Below are positions 1-9,540 of a stretch of DNA of 64,000 nt, piece by piece. The stretch lies in assembly GCA_963667845.2 (NCBI GenBank), contig CAXXVL010000002.1, positions 352,001-416,000 of the forward strand, read 5' to 3'. Position numbers and translations under genes: made by a program. The notes under the pieces were generated by a model that saw only the letters and a program-made list of their open reading frames with translations, was not told the origin of the DNA and made no database searches. The number at the start of each line of letters is the position of its first letter. Within the stretch, counting starts at the first letter, position 1. The stretch comes from Smithellaceae bacterium. GTDB lineage: Bacteria; Desulfobacterota; Syntrophia; Syntrophales; Smithellaceae.

Positions 1-1098
1 CAGCACCGTTGAAGAATTGACTTCGTTCAAGAACCGCTGAGAGTTGGTATAGTCTTTGGTGATGATGGATTCCGTGTGCAGCGATCCGTACTTTTCAATA
101 TGCGCGATGGCATCATCGATTGAGGAGACGACCTTCACCGCCAAAATCAGATCCAGATATTCCGAGTACCAGTCTTCCTCGTCCGCCTTATCGATATGCT
201 TCAGAATCTTTCTCGTTTTTTCGCATCCCCTGAGCAGAACACCGGCTTTCTGCAGCTGATCCGCCATTTTCGGCAAAAACTGAGAGGCAATGTCTGCGTG
301 CACGAGCAGGGTCTCCAGCGCATTGCAGACACCGGGGCGCTGCACTTTGGCGTTCGCCGTGATATTGACGGCCATGTCGATATCGGCCGAAGCATCCACA
401 AAGATATGACAGACGCCTTTGTAATGTTTAATCACGGGAATTTTGGACTGGGCAACGACAGCGCGGATCAGTTCTTCGCCGCCCCGCGGAATGATCAAAT
501 CAATACATTCGTCGAGTTGCAGCATGGTTGAGACCGCCTCACGGTCGGTGAAGGGAATGACCTGAATGGCCTTGTCCGGCAGCGGGCTTTGCCGAAGAAC
601 ATCCTGCAGGACGGAGGCGATGGCCAGGTTGGAATGAATGGCTTCCGACCCGCCGCGTAAAATAACGGCATTGCCCGATTTGAGACACAGGGCGGAGGCA
701 TCCACCGTGACATTGGGGCGTGACTCGTAGATGATGCCGATCACCCCGAGCGGGATCCTCATCCGTCCGACCATGAGGCCGTTGGGACGGCGCCACATCG
801 ATGTCACCTGACCCACCGGATCACTGAGGGCGGCAACGTCGCGCAATCCCTGAACCATTGCCTCGATCGTTGCCTCTTTGACCGTCAACCTGTCGATCAT
901 GGCCAGGGAAAGATCTTTTTCCCGGGCGCAGGTGACGTCGCGGTTATTTTCGGACATGATGAAATCGCGATGCCACGCAAGCTCGTCGGCCATGCGCAAC
1001 AAGGCGGCATTTTTCACATTGGCGGACATTCGGGAAAGACGGCGTGACGCCGCAAGGGCGTCCTCTGCTATTTTTTTTACATTGCTGTGAATATCCAT
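1..1098 (-). CDS. proA: Glutamate-5-semialdehyde dehydrogenase (gamma-glutamyl phosphate reductase), 3' end runs off the window
   Basis: Not in the ORF track. Manual translation from ATG at 1098 gives MDIHSNVKKIAEDALAASRRL...RPNGLMVGRMRIPLGVIGIIYESRPNVTVDASALCLKSGNAVILRGGSEA, the ProA signature. Confidence 0.95.
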   Translation of the reverse strand, partial: MDIHSNVKKIAEDALAASRRLSRMSANVKNAALLRMADELAWHRDFIMSENNRDVTCAREKDLSLAMIDRLTVKEATIEAMVQGLRDVAALSDPVGQVTSMWRRPNGLMVGRMRIPLGVIGIIYESRPNVTVDASALCLKSGNAVILRGGSEAIHSNLAIASVLQDVLRQSPLPDKAIQVIPFTDREAVSTMLQLDECIDLIIPRGGEELIRAVVAQSKIPVIKHYKGVCHIFVDASADIDMAVNITANAKVQRPGVCNALETLLVHADIASQFLPKMADQLQKAGVLLRGCEKTRKILKHIDKADEEDWYSEYLDLILAVKVVSSIDDAIAHIEKYGSLHTESIITKDYTNSQRFLNEVNSSTVL

Positions 1099-1288
1099 CG
1101 TGCTTCCTCTAATTGGGTATTTTAAAATGACTTGCAATTTCTGTAATTATTGATAAAAGCCGCATCAATTCTAATAACGAGGACCGTTTGAGAAAATAAC
1201 GCATCTTGACTTTTATTTGTCCAACGGTGATGATCATATTTACAAGACAAAAGGATGTGTGTCAAGGGCTTTGCCCAGGTAATTTTTC

Positions 1289-2356
1289 ATGAGTCGATTG
1301 CGCATTAAAGCCGGGAAAAAAGCTTACGAAATCATTAAAGACGGCGGATTTAACTTTGATGCCGTTTCGGCGTATTTCGGCGCCGCTGTCGGACCGCGCT
1401 GGCTTGTCGCAACCGGGTTTGACCTGACCCTTCTGACCCAGGGCCTTCTGGGGCGGAAACGGGCGGTCCATCTTGTCGGATCGTCGGCCGGCGCCTGGCG
1501 TTTCGCCGCATGGCTGCAGCCCGAGGCCGCCGATGCCTATCACAAGTTTATGCATGCCTATATCACCGTGGGTTTCAGCCGCAAAGACACGCCGGCAACC
1601 ATTCTGGATAAATTCGCCGACATCATGAATGCCTACATCGATGATGATGCTTTGTCCTTCGCCCTGGCCAATAAGCGTTACCGCTTGTCGGTCATCACGG
1701 CCCGCGCGCGGGGTCTTGTTGCTTCCGAGAAAATCCCGCTGCAGAAAAGCGCGCTGGCCGTGTGCTACGCTCTGAACTATTTCAGCCGCAATAATCTTTA
1801 CGCTTTTGCCGACCGGGTCGTTTTTTACAATGGTTCCAAGCCGCCTCCTTTTTGTTTCCAGCCGAAATTCCGCGGCACGTATGTGCGAATCAACGAAGCC
1901 AATTTCAAATACGCGGTCATGGCCTCGGGTGCGATCCCGCTGATTGTCGCCGGTGTGCGGAATATTTTTGGCGCGCCGCGGGGCGTTTATCGCGACGGCG
2001 GCCTGATTGATTATCATCTGTCGCACCAGTTTGCCGCAAAGGACAATGAGCTGGTCCTTTTCTTCCATCATCAGGAAAGAATCATCCCCGGCTGGCTGGA
2101 TAAGAATATCCGGCGGCGCGTCCCTGACGACCAGACATTGAGCAATGTCGTCATGGTCTTTCCGTCGCAGAGCTTCATTGATAAACTACCCGGGGAGAAA
2201 GTGCCCGATCGAGATGACTTTTTGACTTATGCCGACCAGGGCGGGAAGCGGATTGAAAACTGGAACAAAGCGGTGGAATTGTCCGCTCCGTTGGGCGAAG
2301 ATTTTCTGGAATTGGTCGAAAGCGGCCGGATTCGTGATATGGTTGAAAAACTTTAA
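1289..2356 (+). CDS. Patatin-like phospholipase family protein
   Basis: GAAVGPRW, GSSAG nucleophile motif, ASGAIP and DGG motif. Confidence 0.8.
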   Translation: MSRLRIKAGKKAYEIIKDGGFNFDAVSAYFGAAVGPRWLVATGFDLTLLTQGLLGRKRAVHLVGSSAGAWRFAAWLQPEAADAYHKFMHAYITVGFSRKDTPATILDKFADIMNAYIDDDALSFALANKRYRLSVITARARGLVASEKIPLQKSALAVCYALNYFSRNNLYAFADRVVFYNGSKPPPFCFQPKFRGTYVRINEANFKYAVMASGAIPLIVAGVRNIFGAPRGVYRDGGLIDYHLSHQFAAKDNELVLFFHHQERIIPGWLDKNIRRRVPDDQTLSNVVMVFPSQSFIDKLPGEKVPDRDDFLTYADQGGKRIENWNKAVELSAPLGEDFLELVESGRIRDMVEKL

Positions 2357-2357
2357 T

Positions 2358-2446
2358 TTTTAAGTTTTAGATTTTAAGTGTTAAGTATCAATGAAGCCTT
2401 CCACGTCATCTGTTTTAACGTAAAACGTAACACCTAAAACTTAAAA
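2358..2446. repeat. Inverted pair of heptamer tandem arrays (TTTTAAG-like x4 / CTTAAAA-like x4)
   Basis: TTTTAAG TTTTAGA TTTTAAG TGTTAAG at 2358-2385 and CGTAAAA CGTAACA CCTAAAA CTTAAAA at 2419-2446. Confidence 0.75.
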
Positions 2447-2486
2447 CCTTATTCCATTAACGCCTTACACCGCAATTGTGGCAATT

Positions 2487-3410
2487 ATGATCATTCAAGA
2501 ACTGTTAAATATTTACACCTCCTGCACGCTTTGCCCGCGGGCCTGTCGTGTTGACCGGTCAAAGGGCAAGCAGGGTTACTGCCGACTTCCCGCCGGGATT
2601 ATTATGGATTGTACACTGGCCCACCACGGTGAAGAACCGCCGCTTTCAGGAACACGAGGCGCCGGCACGATATTTCTATCTTCATGCAACCTCGGATGCA
2701 TCTATTGCCAAAATTACCAGATTTCCCATCACGCCTGCGGCCGCGAACTGACCGTTTTACAATTGGCCAAAGTGATGCTTGATCTGCAGAAAAGCGGCTG
2801 CCACAATATCGAGCCGGTGACCCCGACGCCCCAAACCCCTCTGATCATGGAGGCCCTGTGTCTGGCGCGCGCCCAGGGCCTCACCGTTCCTTTCGTCTAT
2901 AATTGCGGCGGCTATGAAAATCCTGATGTCATCCGTCTCCTCGATGGTATGGTGGATATCTACCTGCCGGATTTTAAATACGGGCTGGAAGAAGATGCCC
3001 GGCTGTTTTCGGATGCCCCAGGATATCCGCAATTTGCCATCGAGTCGATCAAACAGATGGTGCGGCAGGTAGGCGACGATCTCCATGTGGAAAACGGTGT
3101 CGCCACTCACGGCATTATCATCCGCCATCTGGTTTTGCCCGGTCGGCTGGAGAATTCCCGCAGCGCGCTCAGTCTTTTGAAGGATGAAATATCGACCAGC
3201 GTCCCGATCAGCCTCATGTCTCAGTATACGCCGATCGCGCGGGTGCGATCACACGCGCAGCTGGGACGGCGACTCACAAAAGCGGAATATTCACAGATCG
3301 TGGATTGGGCCCTCGATCTGGGTTTTGAGAATCTATTCGTCCAGGATGTCAATGATCATGATCTGACACCGGATTTCAATCGTGACAACCCTTTTGATCC
3401 GTCGCGGTAA
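2487..3410 (+). CDS. Radical SAM Fe-S protein, PflX-like
   Basis: CTLCPRAC N-terminal motif, HHGEEPPLSG, CxxxCxxC (CNLGCIYCQN), DIYLPDFKY, IIRHLVLPG. Confidence 0.85.
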   Translation: MIIQELLNIYTSCTLCPRACRVDRSKGKQGYCRLPAGIIMDCTLAHHGEEPPLSGTRGAGTIFLSSCNLGCIYCQNYQISHHACGRELTVLQLAKVMLDLQKSGCHNIEPVTPTPQTPLIMEALCLARAQGLTVPFVYNCGGYENPDVIRLLDGMVDIYLPDFKYGLEEDARLFSDAPGYPQFAIESIKQMVRQVGDDLHVENGVATHGIIIRHLVLPGRLENSRSALSLLKDEISTSVPISLMSQYTPIARVRSHAQLGRRLTKAEYSQIVDWALDLGFENLFVQDVNDHDLTPDFNRDNPFDPSR

Positions 3411-3413
3411 AAT

Positions 3414-4028
3414 ATGCAGAATGATCTCAGGACAATTTATGACCGATTTGCCGATACCTATGAAAAGAACCGCGCTTTATTTGACATGTCCGATGTCATC
3501 GCCGACTTTACTGCCCGATTGACCGGCCGGCCGGGTCTTCTTCTTGATCTGGGCTGCGGCGCGGGAGAACCTTTCCCCGCTCACTTCATCAGTGAGGGCT
3601 GGCAGGTGGTCGGTGTGGATTTTTCGGAAAGGATGCTCGCACTGGCCCATCGATATCACCCGGATATAAAAACCGTCTTTGCCGATATCCGTGACGTGGA
3701 TTTTCCGGAAGGACGGTTTGACGTCGTCACCGCCATCTATTGTCTCTTTCATATTGAACACGAAAGGCATGCGGAGATTTTCAGAAAAATTCACCGCTGG
3801 CTTGCGCCCGGCGGAAAATCACTCTTTACATACGCCACGAAGGAATATACGGGTGCCGATGTTTTCAATGGTTACAAGGAGTTTATGGGTGAGCAATTAT
3901 TTTACTCTCATATGTCGCCTGATGATCTTTTTGCATTATTGGAATCAACGGGCTTCAATGTGGAAGCCAGACAATATCGCCGGATCGGCGATGAAACTTT
4001 TCTTTGGGTTACCGTTGCCAAACCGTAG
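3414..4028 (+). CDS. Class I SAM-dependent methyltransferase
   Basis: LLDLGCGAG motif I, VVGVDFS, FDVVTAIYCLFH, LAPGG. Confidence 0.85.
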   Translation: MQNDLRTIYDRFADTYEKNRALFDMSDVIADFTARLTGRPGLLLDLGCGAGEPFPAHFISEGWQVVGVDFSERMLALAHRYHPDIKTVFADIRDVDFPEGRFDVVTAIYCLFHIEHERHAEIFRKIHRWLAPGGKSLFTYATKEYTGADVFNGYKEFMGEQLFYSHMSPDDLFALLESTGFNVEARQYRRIGDETFLWVTVAKP

Positions 4029-4148
4029 CAATTTCGTTTTTGTACACCGAGATCTTCTTCCGGAACAGGCGAAAGAATCACGCCCGGGTGATTGGAGACC
4101 ATGCGCCGAAATGCTGTTAAGGGAAACATGCAACCCATTCCGGGACCA

Positions 4149-4865
4149 TTAGGGCATTTTAAAAATGCTGACGCCTGCCGGCTGCTGGAATTGAAACAAT
4201 TTTGCGGCAAGGCCGGTATTCATTTTTATGTTGGAAAAACTCAGGACCGTTGAATTCCCCATCACATCATCGAAACTGACCCGAACAATGTAAAAGCTTT
4301 TCCTTTCAATAGTCATTTGCAGATACTGATAGGAAGTTCCTTTTTCACGAGGATACAATTGAAGCAGGTAATTGCCGCTCTTGTCGAGAGCTCCGGGAGC
4401 ATATTTAATTGTAAAATCATCTTTGAGCTTTCCCAGACCGGACAGGAATTTAATCAGGGCTTCGGATTTGAAAATCTTGTCGGATTCCTGAATATAAACG
4501 GCTTTATCCTGGGGCAGGTAAAGCCAGGCTTTCTGTGCATTAATGATCAGTTTCTTCGCTTTCGGCTTTCTATAATCCCACAGCATCTGTTTAGGATTCT
4601 TAAAATAGACGATTCCTTCTTCCACATCGGTTTTCCGGATGGATTTCACGGTGGTTTCTTGAACAAAAGCCGCCTGAAAATCCTGGGTCTTCTCATAAAT
4701 TTGCTGGAGCCGGTTTATCGATTCTTCAATGGGAGGCACTTCGGCGGCTCCGCAAAGAGACGACAAACCCATTCCTAAAAAGCATATTATAAAAACAATG
4801 GCTAGCTTTCCGCCTTCAAATAACTCATTTTTATTGTGATTTTTTTTCATCTTTTTTGTCTTCAA
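4149..4865 (-). CDS. lolA: Outer-membrane lipoprotein carrier protein LolA (start uncertain)
   Basis: Signal peptide, DFQAAFVQET, GIVYFKNPKQMLWDY, C-terminal LFQFQQPAGV. Confidence 0.8.
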   Translation of the reverse strand: MKTKKMKKNHNKNELFEGGKLAIVFIICFLGMGLSSLCGAAEVPPIEESINRLQQIYEKTQDFQAAFVQETTVKSIRKTDVEEGIVYFKNPKQMLWDYRKPKAKKLIINAQKAWLYLPQDKAVYIQESDKIFKSEALIKFLSGLGKLKDDFTIKYAPGALDKSGNYLLQLYPREKGTSYQYLQMTIERKSFYIVRVSFDDVMGNSTVLSFSNIKMNTGLAAKLFQFQQPAGVSIFKMP

Positions 4866-4919
4866 AAAATATCAAAAAATTGATTGAAAGTGGCACATTT
4901 TTTTCAAAGGAGTTTATAT

Positions 4920-5100
4920 CCTGATCGTAATATAATCATAAGTAATGATGATCAAAGGGTATATAATTAAGTTATTGATATCATTGATTTATATTCCTGC
5001 CTAAACCTTAGGCAATCAGGTCCAAAAGCCTAACCATCGCGGGCTTGTCCGCGTTGTCAACATAGTTATCAACAGACTTTTCCACAATATTGTGGACTAC
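4920..5100. promoter_or_regulatory. Candidate replication origin / DnaA-box cluster with IHF site and AT-rich DUE-like segment
   Basis: DnaA-box-like 9-mers TTGTCAACA (5054), TTATCAACA (5066) and TTTTCCACA (5078) at 12-bp period, plus inverted TGTGGACTA (5091). Exact IHF consensus WATCAANNNNTTR on the minus strand at 4968-4980. AT-rich ...TAATGATGATC... at 4921-4953. Confidence 0.55.
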
Positions 5101-5161
5101 AAATTCAAAAGGCCGAATCCGGAAATAAAAAAGCGTGAGAGCACCTGTTTTCTTTCGGCCT

Positions 5162-6232
5162 TTAAGCAAGCTGCACCCGCCAGCCGAAAGGATCCTCTTT
5201 GAGGCCATACTGAATTTTCATGATTTCATGATACAACTTTTCAGCAAGAGGTCCGGTCTTCCCTTCACCAATGAGATATTCCTTTTTCTGAAAATAAATC
5301 TGCCCCACCGGAGAAATAACAGCCGCAGTTCCTGACGCAAATGATTCTTTGAGAGTCCCTTTTTCGATCGCATCGATCACTTCCGTCATCGCCAACGGTC
5401 TTTCAGAGACCTTCACACCCAGATGCGTCGCCAGTTTAATCACCGAGTCGCGCGTGACTCCCGGCAGAATGGTGCCCCGAAGAGGCGGCGTAATCAATTC
5501 ATCACCAATCACAAAAAAGATATTGCTGGTGCCCACTTCTTCCACATATTTATTTTCGCGCGCATCGAGCCACAACACCTGCGTGTAGCCCATATCGCTG
5601 GCAATACGGCTTGCATAAAGACTCATGGCATAGTTGCCGGCGGACTTGATATTTCCGGTTCCCCCCGGAGCCGCCCGCACATACTCCTCGGAAACATAAA
5701 TCTTCGTCGGACCAAACCCATGCGCATAATAAGCGCCCACGGGCCCGGCGATAATAAAAAAGAGATATTCGCTCGACGGGTGCACACCCAGAGCGGGCTC
5801 GGTGGCAATCATCGTCGGTCGGATATAAAGAGACGATCCCGGTTCTCTGGGGATCCACTCTTTCTCCAGCAGGACAAATTGTTTCAGAGCGTTAAAAAAC
5901 ACGGTTTCATCAATCCGTGCCATGCAGAGCCTTTCAGCGGACACATTCATCCTGCGGATATTCTCCATCGGACGAAAAAGATAAATTTCATCATGCTTCC
6001 CCCGGTAGGCTTTCAAGCCTTCGAATATTTCCTGGCCGTAATGAAGACACATTGCTGTCGGATCAAGCTGTAAAAGTTGATACGGTTCAATGACGGGACT
6101 ATACCAGCCGTCGCCCTCTTTGTATTTCATGGTAAACATGTGGTCGGTGAAATGCTGGCCGAAACCCAGCTTGGTTTGATCGGGTTTTGGCTTCAGATAT
6201 TTCGGAAGCGCTTTGATGATTTTGATTTCCAT
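5162..6232 (-). CDS. ilvE: Branched-chain amino acid aminotransferase
   Basis: LHYGQEIFEGLKAY, SLYIRP, GNIKSAGNY, EEVGTSNIF, ILPGVTRDS, SGTAAVISPVG. Confidence 0.95.
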   Translation of the reverse strand: MEIKIIKALPKYLKPKPDQTKLGFGQHFTDHMFTMKYKEGDGWYSPVIEPYQLLQLDPTAMCLHYGQEIFEGLKAYRGKHDEIYLFRPMENIRRMNVSAERLCMARIDETVFFNALKQFVLLEKEWIPREPGSSLYIRPTMIATEPALGVHPSSEYLFFIIAGPVGAYYAHGFGPTKIYVSEEYVRAAPGGTGNIKSAGNYAMSLYASRIASDMGYTQVLWLDARENKYVEEVGTSNIFFVIGDELITPPLRGTILPGVTRDSVIKLATHLGVKVSERPLAMTEVIDAIEKGTLKESFASGTAAVISPVGQIYFQKKEYLIGEGKTGPLAEKLYHEIMKIQYGLKEDPFGWRVQLA

Positions 6233-6299
6233 AATTAATTCCTCTTAAAAAAAGTATCTTCCAATGATGAAGATTCACTAAATGATTTTTTGCATATCA

Positions 6300-6917
6300 C
6301 TAAACTATGCTGCGATCAAGGCTTCGATACTGAATCGCTTCCGCGATATGCGCAGACTCGATTCTTTCAAGCCCTTCCAGATCGGCAATTGTTCGGGATA
6401 CTTTCAAAATGCGGTTCATTGCCCGCGCGGACAGCCCCAGTTTTTCGATAGCCATTTCCATAAGCTGATGCGACTCCTCATCAATTGCACAAAAAGACCG
6501 GATGTGCCTGTCCGTCATTCGGGCATTCGTGACGACACCGGAATCGCCGAAACGTTTTTCCTGCTTTTCGCGTGCTGCATCCACCCTCTTTTTGATCATC
6601 GCCGATGGTTCGCCTTCTTCCTTTCCCGTCAGCGCGCGATATTTGACCGATGGCACTTCAATGTGCAAATCAATTCGATCCAGAAGGGGACCCGATATTT
6701 TTGTCTGATAGGAACGTATCTGCGAGTGAGAGCAGCGGCAGCTATGGACACGGTCTCCAAAATAACCGCACGGACAAGGATTCATCGCGGCCACCAGCAT
6801 AAACTGAGCCGGGAAGGCCGCAGTCACGGTCGACCGGGTGATAGAAATGGTCCCTTCCTCAAGCGGCTGACGAAGCGCTTCCAGCGCATTTCTCTTGAAT
6901 TCCGGCAGCTCATCGAG
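6300..6917 (-). pseudogene. comM: comM (YifB Mg-chelatase-like AAA+ ATPase), 3' part of the interrupted gene
   Basis: Begins at (L)DELPEFKRNALEALRQPLEEG. Contains AAMNPCPCGY, ISGPLLDRIDL and LSARAMNRILKVSRTIADL. Joins in frame with 22179-23092. Confidence 0.93.
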
Positions 6918-8655
6918 CAATATCACTACACAATAATTCACTTCTATTTAAACCACTTATAAGAGATTCTATTCGGTTCAAGTCTATATTGAATATACAT
7001 TCGATAATCGGATACTTGTCTATCAATGGTTCATGAAGTTGTTTTTCCGGTACGTTGCCTATATCATCCACAAAATCGAAAAGAGTAACATGCCGTAAAA
7101 GACATTTACCCCCAGTTTCAACAGATACAACAGCTTCAATCAGCCTCTTTTTTTCACGGAAAGGCAGATTATATAGAAATTCCCTAAATTGTTGTAATGT
7201 AACAAAATATTTTTTGATCATACTCTTTTTATTTGAGGGAGCAAACGCTTTTTCAAATTCGGCAAATCGGTCAATTTTATTTTGTAGAAAATTTAATTCA
7301 TATTCCGCATTTTTAAGTTTTGTAACGTTTTCCGCATACTCTGCTTCATCCTGCGATTGCATTGTTTCATACATTGTTTTTATCTTGGCATTTACAGTTC
7401 GGGTGATGAGTTGATAACCGTCTCTTAATCTAGTTTTTAATTCATTTTCTCGTTTTCTTAATCTTTCAACTTTAAGTTTCAATTCCTCAGCACTTTGATC
7501 ACGATACCATGATTTAGCGAATTGAGAAGGATCAGATAAAATTTTAACGACCTCTTCGAATATTTGCGCATCGACTCTATCAGCATTAACATAATTTAAT
7601 AAACATTTTTTGCGGCCTTGAATTGCTCGATCTTTTTCCGACGTTTCCCACCAATAGCAGCAGTAATGAAATTTATTTATTTGATTTATTCTCTTTTTAA
7701 TCTTTGCTCCACAATAGCCGCAAAATAATATGTTCTCGGCCATGAATTTTTCCGGAAAACCTACGTGACGCTTTTTAGGTCTCTTTTTTTTAGATTCGAT
7801 AAGTGACTGTATAGTGTCAAATTTTTCCTTAGATATGAGGGGTGGATATTTAACTAATATCCATTCATCACGTTTTTTTTCTTTCTTAGAAACTGAGAAA
7901 TATTGTTTGCCTGATTTTGATTGATTGGATTGAAACTCAAATTGATTATAGTAGATTGTACCTGTATAGGCTGGATTTCGTAAGATGTCGCGAATGGTCG
8001 CATTGTGCCATGTTACCGAATTTCCAGGTGAAGGAATCCCTTCTGCTTTCATCTTGAGCGCAATATCTCGCATGGCGTAATTTTGATCCAGATATAGAGA
8101 TATTATTTTTTCGTAATTTGCCCTGTTTTGAGGATGAACTTTGATGATCTTCTTTTTTTTATCCCATTCGTATCCGTAGGGAACGCTTCCCATGATCGAC
8201 TCATTACTTTTCCATCGAGTCATTCTACCACTTGACGTTCGCTGTCGAATTAAACCACTTTCAAATTCTGAAAAAGTTGAAAGCATATTTAGTATCATGT
8301 CTCCGTAGAGGCCATTCTTATTAATTTCTGTTTGTTCAACACAATAAAATTCAACAGACAATTCTTTTAATTTGTAAAGGATGTTTTTTACATCCCGAAC
8401 ATTTCTGCCTAATCTGTCAAGCTTTGTAAACATGACAAGATCAAATTTACCATCTTTTGCGTCATTAATGAGATTCTGAAGACCGGGACGATTATCATTT
8501 TTACCTGAAAATCCATCATCGCTGTAAAACTTATAAAGTACGTTGCCTTGTGCCTTACATTGCTTTTCAATAATCTCTCTTTGTTCGTCTGGTGAAGTTC
8601 CATTTAAAGCTTGTTCTGCCGTACTAACCCGCCCATATCCAGCCACTCTTTTCAT
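6910..8655 (-). CDS. Large serine recombinase (integrase)
   Basis: RVAGYGRVST catalytic Ser motif, DDGFSGKNDNRPGL, KLDRLGR, recombinase domain (PYGY, ILRNPAYTG), zinc ribbon CGYCG and a coiled coil. Confidence 0.95.
   Translation of the reverse strand: MKRVAGYGRVSTAEQALNGTSPDEQREIIEKQCKAQGNVLYKFYSDDGFSGKNDNRPGLQNLINDAKDGKFDLVMFTKLDRLGRNVRDVKNILYKLKELSVEFYCVEQTEINKNGLYGDMILNMLSTFSEFESGLIRQRTSSGRMTRWKSNESIMGSVPYGYEWDKKKKIIKVHPQNRANYEKIISLYLDQNYAMRDIALKMKAEGIPSPGNSVTWHNATIRDILRNPAYTGTIYYNQFEFQSNQSKSGKQYFSVSKKEKKRDEWILVKYPPLISKEKFDTIQSLIESKKKRPKKRHVGFPEKFMAENILFCGYCGAKIKKRINQINKFHYCCYWWETSEKDRAIQGRKKCLLNYVNADRVDAQIFEEVVKILSDPSQFAKSWYRDQSAEELKLKVERLRKRENELKTRLRDGYQLITRTVNAKIKTMYETMQSQDEAEYAENVTKLKNAEYELNFLQNKIDRFAEFEKAFAPSNKKSMIKKYFVTLQQFREFLYNLPFREKKRLIEAVVSVETGGKCLLRHVTLFDFVDDIGNVPEKQLHEPLIDKYPIIECIFNIDLNRIESLISGLNRSELLCSDIAR
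6916..6939. other. Element/host junction (att site) at the integrase end
   Basis: Crossover dinucleotide AG (CT on the minus strand) at 6916-6917, followed by the 22-bp attP arm CAATATCACTACACAATAATTC. Confidence 0.85.
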
Positions 8656-9119
8656 AAAAACCTCCGTTCATTGTTTTATTAGCGTTATCCTTTCTATTTC
8701 TGAAATTTGGATCTTGCTACCATGCTTCAATTTCGTTGTCAATATATAAGTATTTAATATTATTAAGAAAATATATATATTTTATTAATAGAAACTTTAT
8801 ATTTTCTTCAACTGTCACAAAATCAGCGTTATCCATCGTATGGATATTATTGATATTTAAAAATCATGCTTTCTGTAAAAATTTTTTCCGTTCACTCAAA
8901 TTCTTTTTTAATCAATAATGTTATTTCGCATAAACGCGAGACCAAACAAGTAAATTATCTCATATATTCAAATAGATGGACATATGCATATCACAGATGC
9001 GAACGGAAAAATATGATATTTCCACGTGATTTCAATCTGTTACGGAGGTGTGATTTTAGTATAGTGAAAAACGATTGATCAAGGATGCCTATGAAGATAA
9101 TTATTACACAAAACCCGTT

Positions 9120-9326
9120 TTATTTATGCGGGACTTTTTCCAATATCCGATCAACAATATCGTTCTCCAATGAGAACGGGTCAATTCCTACGCTCAAAAC
9201 TGTATGACAAAAGGGGCATAAATAAGAAAGACCGCGCCATCTAGGTTCAAACCCAACTTCTATTGACTCAAGGTTTATGTGGTCAAGAACTTTTTCGCAT
9301 TTAGGACATTTCCCTACATGCAGCAT
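9120..9326 (-). CDS. Small putative zinc-binding protein
   Basis: CPKC and CPFC pairs; GGGGG SD-like sequence upstream. Confidence 0.6.
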   Translation of the reverse strand: MLHVGKCPKCEKVLDHINLESIEVGFEPRWRGLSYLCPFCHTVLSVGIDPFSLENDIVDRILEKVPHK

Positions 9327-9540
9327 ACTTACCCCCCTATGGATCTTTGGAATTTAGAAGATGTAAAAGGAGAGTATGCTTTTACTAAAATTATTCAATG
9401 AAAATTATTTTGAATCAAAATGAGTCACTACCAAATAGGGGAAAATTTTGCTTCCATAAGAATATTGGGAAAAAATTTATGGTCAGGACCCCTCCGTCTT
9501 AATCAAAACTTTTGCCTGAGATAAATCGAGGGGGGCCGAC

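Noticed and set aside
56..1090. Several short ORFs in the track
   Set aside because: Shadows of proA, which runs on the minus strand off the window edge.
6282..6962. 226-aa plus-strand ORF
   Set aside because: Antisense shadow of the comM 3' half.
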